Positions 9,162-13,794 of a stretch of 13,794 nt of DNA are shown here, in pieces. Under the pieces are notes generated by a model. That model saw nothing but the letters and a program-made list of their open reading frames with translations. It was not told where the DNA came from and made no database searches. Every line of letters begins with the position of its first letter. Position 1 is the first letter of the stretch. The position numbers and the translations under genes are program-made. Origin of the DNA: Bdellovibrionota bacterium (lineage in GTDB: Bacteria > Bdellovibrionota_C > UBA2361 > JBGSMV01); contig JBIKWF010000115.1 in assembly GCA_044356455.1 (NCBI GenBank), positions 1 through 13,794 of the forward strand. The letters run 5' to 3'.

Positions 9162-9425
9162 ATGTCACTCACAGTACGAGATATTCCGCGACCCACTCGA
9201 ACCCTGGACGAAGCCAGCTCGTTCGTTTCTGTAGCATGTCGTGGATTCCCATGCGTTGCTTCCACCGGGACTTATCATGGCGAGGGAGGTCCTGCGGTAC
9301 TCGTTGAGACATTTCGAAGTGAGCAGATTCCAGAAAGTTTGCGACGTGCTGTTACCGAAGCTGCAGCGGGACAACCTGTACGTTGGGATGCAACCGCATC
9401 GCGAAACGATCCTTGGCATGAGTAG
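9162..9425 (+). CDS. Small hypothetical protein (87 aa), putative gene cassette
   Basis: GAGG RBS, ATG; bracketed by perfectly complementary GTTATCCAC (9132-9140) and GTGGATAAC (9427-9435). Confidence 0.65.
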   Translation: MSLTVRDIPRPTRTLDEASSFVSVACRGFPCVASTGTYHGEGGPAVLVETFRSEQIPESLRRAVTEAAAGQPVRWDATASRNDPWHE

Positions 9426-9428
9426 CGT

Positions 9429-9525
9429 GGATAACCATTGGTTCATGCGGAGAGCAAGCCGTGTCAATTGGGTGAAAATTTTAAAGGATGGTGTGGCTTA
9501 CTTCCGCACTTCCTCGCGGTTATCT
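9429..9525 (+). other. attC-like site B (97 bp)
   Basis: GGATAAC-CATTGGTT-[C]-ATGCGGA-[G]-AGCAAGCC...GGCTTACTTCCGCAC-TTCCTCGCG-GTTATCT: canonical 8/9-nt spacing, two unpaired bases, begins 3 nt after the stop codon; L' box is partly degenerate. Confidence 0.65.
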
Positions 9526-9559
9526 TACTAGTTGCATGTTCGAGGGAACTCGAAAGACG

Positions 9560-9741
9560 GGGTTAAAAAGTAATTAGCACGGAGACCGCGGAGAGGATGT
9601 AGAATCGAGATTTACTCTGCTCCGTGCCTTACCGTAGTCGCAGATATCCTGAACAATCTCAATCAGAATCCCGGTAAAGCCTAAAAAGTTAAGGGTTTGG
9701 AAGCGAACACTCCGCGGTCTCCGCTTCTCCGCGTTTAACCC
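9560..9741. repeat. Palindromic REP/MITE-like element
   Basis: Perfect 14-bp inverted repeat CGGAGACCGCGGAG (9580-9593)/CTCCGCGGTCTCCG (9710-9723), outer GGGTTAAA (9560-9567)/TTTAACCC (9734-9741), inner GCACGGAG (9577-9584)/CTCCGTGC (9620-9627). Confidence 0.6.
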
Positions 9742-9809
9742 TCTTAACCCAAGAAAAATGAGGCAAAAGCGCAGTTGATTAGGCCCCTAGTCAGGAGCAT
9801 TCTAACGGA

Positions 9810-9907
9810 AGAGAGCAAAAGAACTGGATGGGCGCGCTTGCGTCTACCTTCGTTACAACTTCGGCGACACAAGCTTGTTCGCTCCCCATCAGCTAGAACC
9901 GTTCTCA
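9810..9907 (+). other. attC-like site C (98 bp)
   Basis: AGAGAGC-AAAAGAACT-[G]-GATGGG..GCTTGCGTC...GACACAAGC..CCCATC-AGCTAGAACC-GTTCTCA; AAC is altered to AGC. Confidence 0.5.
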
Positions 9908-9929
9908 CGTCGTGCAGGAGTCCAGTGTT

Positions 9930-10493
9930 ATGACCCATGAACCAAGCCAACATAGTGGTCCTACTCCCCTTGCTTCTATTCCTTCGACTCTAGCGAGCGA
10001 CTTACGCGAAGATCTTAGTGCTTCCTTTGAAACGATTGGAGGACTGAGACGAGCCTGCGAGGAATCAATCGCACGATTGGGAACAAACTTTGAGTATTTT
10101 GACGTACACGGCTTAGGTGCGTTGTCCCAATACGCGCACGCATATGGAGAGGCAATTACCGCATTGGTTGCAGGTGATACCCCGAGCTTTCGCTCCGCCG
10201 TAAGTTATGCGTTATCCTGCTCAATGGTCGCGAGCTCACTCATGAAGCAATCAATTGGAGATACACACTTCCACGATGATCCCAATAGCGTAGCACGCGA
10301 CCCACGAGAACAGCTTGGCCATATGATGACAGACGCGGTTTCAGTGCTTATCGGATGTGCGTCAGTAGGTCGAGTCATGGGACATGGCACCCAAACTATC
10401 CTCAGTGGGAATGGACAAATGGAGAAGGACTGGACTGCGGTCATTAAACATCTAGAAGAGGTTAATACCCCCGCGACCAGGGCTGAGTCGTAA
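9930..10493 (+). CDS. Hypothetical helical protein (187 aa), paralog of 8535..9095
   Basis: Start moved from GTG 9912 to ATG 9930 because AGGAG (9916-9920) sits 9 nt upstream, the same layout as the 8535 gene. Confidence 0.8.
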   Translation: MTHEPSQHSGPTPLASIPSTLASDLREDLSASFETIGGLRRACEESIARLGTNFEYFDVHGLGALSQYAHAYGEAITALVAGDTPSFRSAVSYALSCSMVASSLMKQSIGDTHFHDDPNSVARDPREQLGHMMTDAVSVLIGCASVGRVMGHGTQTILSGNGQMEKDWTAVIKHLEEVNTPATRAES

Positions 10494-10565
10494 GTACAAG
10501 CGGATCTATCAGGGAATTTTTCATCAGGCGAAACGCCAGATTGTTCTGCACCGTTCTAGTTCTCG
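10483..10565 (+). other. Degenerate attC-like site D
   Basis: CAAGCGGA L''-like word just after the stop codon, partial partner TCTGC, and GTTCTCG (10559-10565) 19 nt before the next ATG; no clean AAC box. Confidence 0.25.
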
Positions 10566-10577
10566 TATTAGGTACCT

Positions 10578-11681
10578 ATGGCACTATTTTCTCATTCGCG
10601 TCGCAATCCGCTTCGAACTTCCGCTGGAGCTTCAATCCTTGCACTGGCCTCCCTGGCGTCGTTGCCCCATGTCGGATGTGAGAGATCTCCCTCGTCACAA
10701 AGTTTGAAAGTACCCACTCCTTCCCTCGCGCAGTTCCCCAATCTCGTGCAATTTTTTTCGGCCGTTGAGAAGAATGCGAGCACGCGCACCGAGCCTCTTT
10801 CAACTCAGGAGTTGGATGAAGTCAGTACTAATTTTGCTACGGCCCTCAAGAAAGATCTTGAACAGCTGGGATACCAAATCCCTGTTGAAGCCCGCCCATC
10901 AGAAGTTTTAGCTATCGCCAACCAACATCTATTTCAACACGCGAACCAAATCCTCGCGGTCTCTGAAGAACTACTCTCGTTCCAGATTATTTCAATCGCC
11001 CCGAGCGCCGAGAAAGATTCCAAGCGGTATAACTTTGGCCCCTTCGGTAGTTTGGAGAAAGAGGTAGGGGTCTTTAAGGTGGTAGCCATTGAGTACGATC
11101 TGAGACATATGGGGAAGCTTCCGTTTCGTGGCTGTTGTCTACCCCTCCAAGGCTCTTCGATAATTCTCCTAAACGAAGACAGCTTCACCGGGAACTCCGC
11201 AATGTCCATCTCCGCTAGCCAGGACAGAGAGAGGACCGTGGATAATGAGATGGGCCACGCTCACTTCAGGTCCTATATCGCCGCCAATCATCCGACACTT
11301 CGCCAAGATGGTTATTCCTTGCTGCTTTTAAATGAAGCTTTCTCGGTTTATTCTAATCTCAGGCACACTCCTGACCAGGTTCTGCTCTTGATGCTGTTTG
11401 AAACGATACAGAGCGTCCTAGATCAGAGTCTACCGCCTCAGTATCGATGCTCTGCGGTGTATTTGAGCTCAGGATTTAATAGTTTTCTTGGGATTAAAGA
11501 TGCGGCGGATGATGTCGCGTTAGATCCGACTCAGTACCAGAATCTTTTCGACAAATGCGCAGCGAGCCCTGAACTCCTTGATCGGCTGCGTAAACATTTA
11601 ATTCACCATTTCGAAGAAAATCTGCGAGCCGATTTGGAGCTTTTGGAAAACGGCAAAGCGAGGGCATTCCTGAGGCGGTAA
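10578..11681 (+). CDS. Putative exported/lipoprotein with degenerate zincin motif (367 aa)
   Basis: Basic N-terminus, hydrophobic stretch, then VGC (imperfect lipobox) and an S/P-rich linker; NEMGH followed 25 residues later by the E of LNEAFS. Confidence 0.75.
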   Translation: MALFSHSRRNPLRTSAGASILALASLASLPHVGCERSPSSQSLKVPTPSLAQFPNLVQFFSAVEKNASTRTEPLSTQELDEVSTNFATALKKDLEQLGYQIPVEARPSEVLAIANQHLFQHANQILAVSEELLSFQIISIAPSAEKDSKRYNFGPFGSLEKEVGVFKVVAIEYDLRHMGKLPFRGCCLPLQGSSIILLNEDSFTGNSAMSISASQDRERTVDNEMGHAHFRSYIAANHPTLRQDGYSLLLLNEAFSVYSNLRHTPDQVLLLMLFETIQSVLDQSLPPQYRCSAVYLSSGFNSFLGIKDAADDVALDPTQYQNLFDKCAASPELLDRLRKHLIHHFEENLRADLELLENGKARAFLRR

Positions 11682-11834
11682 TTTTGAATAAGGGAGAGCG
11701 AGTCAGGCATCCTTCCCACCCCGGCTCACGGTGACCCAGTAGCCTTAGACTAACGGTTCCCTCCTATAGTATTGTTTCCATAGTTGGTGATTCTTCCGTG
11801 AGGGACTTTCACCATTTTGTTCATGCCGATGAGT

Positions 11835-11893
11835 GGCGAACACAACAAAAGCCGACCGACTGCGTCACCGCGGAATGCTTTTAACCGTTATGC
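11835..11893 (+). other. Degenerate attC-like site E (59 bp)
   Basis: GGCGAAC...AAAAGCCGAC...GCGG..GCTTTT-AACC-GTTATGC; GTT lies 30 nt before the next ATG; spacing deviates from canonical. Confidence 0.35.
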
Positions 11894-11916
11894 TTCCGAT
11901 CCTGATTTGAACGCGT

Positions 11917-12882
11917 ATGAGATTACTTGTCACAGGCGGTGCAGGATACATTGGCCAAGCAACTTGTGCGCGCCTCCTCGATCGCGGCCATGAGGTTACT
12001 GTTGTTGACAACGAAATGGGGAGCGATCTAGGTGCTTTGCCCGAATCGATTCGGAGATTTCGTGGGGACTGCGGGGATCCTGATACCATTGCTCGTGCGA
12101 TTGCGGAACCGCGCAGAGTAGATGGAGTGCTACATCTTGCTGCGATTGCGGACGTCGCTCTCTGTGAGAAACGTCCCGACGCCGCACAGACCCAGAATGT
12201 CGAACTCGTTCGAGTAGTGGCTGAGGAATGTCGGAAGCGAGGAGTAGATAGTCTGGTTTTTGCAAGCACCTGTATGGTTTATGGAGAGGGCCCTGGTGTT
12301 CCGATTGCAGAAGAAACGGATCGAGCACCAAGGGGAGTCTATGCTCGTAGTAAAAGTGACGCTGAGGACATAGTTGTTGAAGCCTCTAAACGGCTGGGCC
12401 TGAAATCATCAATCCTCAGATATTTCTATGTTTCGGGAGTCGACTCATCGCCGCAGGCCAAGCTAAGAGGCAACTTCGTTTCCGAATCAATTCGCCGCGG
12501 CTTAAGCGGAGAGACCCTCCCTGTGTTCAGTAGCTCGACCTTCCCCGAGGGGCCTACACGCGACTATGTTGATGTTAAAGATGTCGCGAGAGCGAATGTT
12601 GCTGCACTTGAAAGACCACCAACGGAAGAAGAAGTTCGAACGCTGAATGTAGGGACAGGGGTTTCAAGCTCTCTTGCTGACGTCATAAATGAGGCAAACA
12701 GAACCCTCGGCAGAGAGCTAAAAACCGACCCTGCGGCGCCGCCCCCGACGTTAGGAAGGTACTTGGTTGCTAACCCTTCCAAGATAAAGAGCGAGCTAGG
12801 TTGGAGCGCAGAAGTTGCGCTCCCAGAAATGATGGCAGCTTTAAAAAATTACTTTGTGTCAAAACAGGAATCAGCAAAGTAA
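11917..12882 (+). CDS. NAD-dependent epimerase/dehydratase (extended SDR, UDP-glucose 4-epimerase GalE-like)
   Basis: LVTGGAGYIG, VVDN, VLHLAA, FASTCMVYG, YARSK (YxxxK), LRYF, RDYVDVKDVARAN, LNVGTG, ELGW. Confidence 0.9.
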   Translation: MRLLVTGGAGYIGQATCARLLDRGHEVTVVDNEMGSDLGALPESIRRFRGDCGDPDTIARAIAEPRRVDGVLHLAAIADVALCEKRPDAAQTQNVELVRVVAEECRKRGVDSLVFASTCMVYGEGPGVPIAEETDRAPRGVYARSKSDAEDIVVEASKRLGLKSSILRYFYVSGVDSSPQAKLRGNFVSESIRRGLSGETLPVFSSSTFPEGPTRDYVDVKDVARANVAALERPPTEEEVRTLNVGTGVSSSLADVINEANRTLGRELKTDPAAPPPTLGRYLVANPSKIKSELGWSAEVALPEMMAALKNYFVSKQESAK

Positions 12883-12987
12883 CCGTCTCTTCCTATGCAA
12901 GCGCTCGTTCCGCCAGAATTGAAGCGCGATGGACTTGAAGAGGTTCTCCTTCTCGATTCAGTGACAGCGAGAGGCTTCACCTGCAGA

Positions 12988-13794
12988 TTACATGGCTGCA
13001 GATTGCATGGGCGAAGCATCCCCACACACTTCAAGCGTTACTTCGAGCCCACGATGATCGGAGCCCAAAAGTTCAAGATACTGCGCCTCTCTCACCGCCA
13101 TCTCCCCCTTCACCAAGGCATGGTCAAGCGCGAAGCGAAAAAGGGAACTCTCCATATCCCAGGTACGCTCAAGTCCCCTTCCCCACATCACATCTGAAAG
13201 GCGACCGTCCTTGAGAAGTCCTCGGTAGTAGTTCGAAAAGGGAGTGGCATTTAAGTCGGTAAGCACAAGAGCCGTGGGAGCCTCGTGGCGCAAAAGAACG
13301 CTCATCCTTCGATTGAGTAGCCAATTGAGGTAAAGAGCCTCGCTATCAAAGGGAGGAAGAGCATCGAAGGCTGAAAGAAGAAAGGAGCGCCCGCTCGAAA
13401 GCGTGGGCCGCACCATAGCGACTGAGCGAAGCTCGTCGCCCATCGAAAGCACTGGCTCACCCGCGAAGGGAAGTTTAGAAAGTATCCCAATGCCAAAGCC
13501 CTCTACTTGGTGCGCAAATATCTTATATGGGTACTCCTTCCCTACCCCGTTCACGTCCTTTTCTGTTGTTTCAAAGAGCGCGACTATGTCCCTGTTCCGC
13601 ACCGCAAGTTGCTTGACGAGTTCGGCAGCTTTGGGATTCTCACTAGAAACATTCGCAAGCACCACCTGAATAACTTGAGGCGTCGCGCACGAAAGGATTG
13701 GAGCCGGACTTGCGCGGTAAAAGGGAACGAGGAGTGAGAGGGTTGAATAGAGTGACCTTACAAGCAAAAAAGTCGTGAGAAAAAATATTCTCCT
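12988..13794 (-). CDS. Endonuclease/exonuclease/phosphatase (EEP) family protein with hydrophobic N-terminal region; probably 5'-truncated by the window edge
   Basis: LANV, DIVALFE, GIGILSKLP, VLTDLNATP, LDHALV, GSDHRGL. The frame stays open for 9 codons upstream of TTG 13767 to base 13794. Confidence 0.85.
   Translation of the reverse strand, partial: RRIFFLTTFLLVRSLYSTLSLLVPFYRASPAPILSCATPQVIQVVLANVSSENPKAAELVKQLAVRNRDIVALFETTEKDVNGVGKEYPYKIFAHQVEGFGIGILSKLPFAGEPVLSMGDELRSVAMVRPTLSSGRSFLLSAFDALPPFDSEALYLNWLLNRRMSVLLRHEAPTALVLTDLNATPFSNYYRGLLKDGRLSDVMWGRGLERTWDMESSLFRFALDHALVKGEMAVREAQYLELLGSDHRGLEVTLEVCGDASPMQSAAM

Larger units (their letters stand above)
8511..11893 (+). mobile_element. 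Candidate integron gene-cassette array without integrase (CALIN-like)
   Basis: Co-oriented ORFans each starting about 19-30 nt after a GTT/GTC core-like site and separated by AAC...GTT imperfect palindromes with attC geometry; no tyrosine recombinase seen in the window. Confidence 0.55.

Noticed and set aside
9133..9434. Two 8/9 DnaA-box matches (TTATCCACT, CGTGGATAA) suggesting an origin
   Set aside because: Only two imperfect boxes ~290 bp apart with an ORF between them and no AT-rich unwinding element; better explained as cassette core sites.
1..9907. Idea that the HUH transposase, rather than IntI, mobilises the attC-like hairpins
   Set aside because: About 8 kb of housekeeping genes separate them and no motif is shared between the transposase-proximal hairpins and the attC-like sites.
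1..13794. CRISPR array, and the many short overlapping or antisense ORFs in the track (e.g. 9241..9531, 9165..9467, 3763..4284)
   Set aside because: No regularly spaced direct repeats were seen; the short ORFs are shadows of better-supported genes, and 9241..9531 runs through attC-like site B.

Overview
Bacterial window with a housekeeping-like left half and an accessory right half. Left: the 5' part of a HUH/Y1 (RAYT/IS200-like) transposase missed by the ORF track (minus strand, runs off the left edge) with REP-like mini-hairpins upstream, then nadD (atypical QAAH motif), a ComF-family gene, mazG, an M16C PreP-like metallopeptidase, and an S66 LD-carboxypeptidase whose ATG is out of frame with its conserved N-terminus. 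Right: a hypothetical gene, a ~290-bp nested inverted-repeat region, then co-oriented ORFans separated by attC-like imperfect palindromes (three reasonable, two to three degenerate) with no integrase in the window, i.e. a candidate CALIN-type cassette array with pyrimidine-rich core sites (GTTCTC/GTTATC). Two of its ORFans are visibly diverged paralogs of an unrecognised helical family, one unit has no ORF but carries a long palindrome, and one encodes a lipoprotein-like zincin with NExxH in place of HExxH. A GalE-like SDR and a 5'-truncated EEP-family gene close the window. All calls are by eye; no searches were run.
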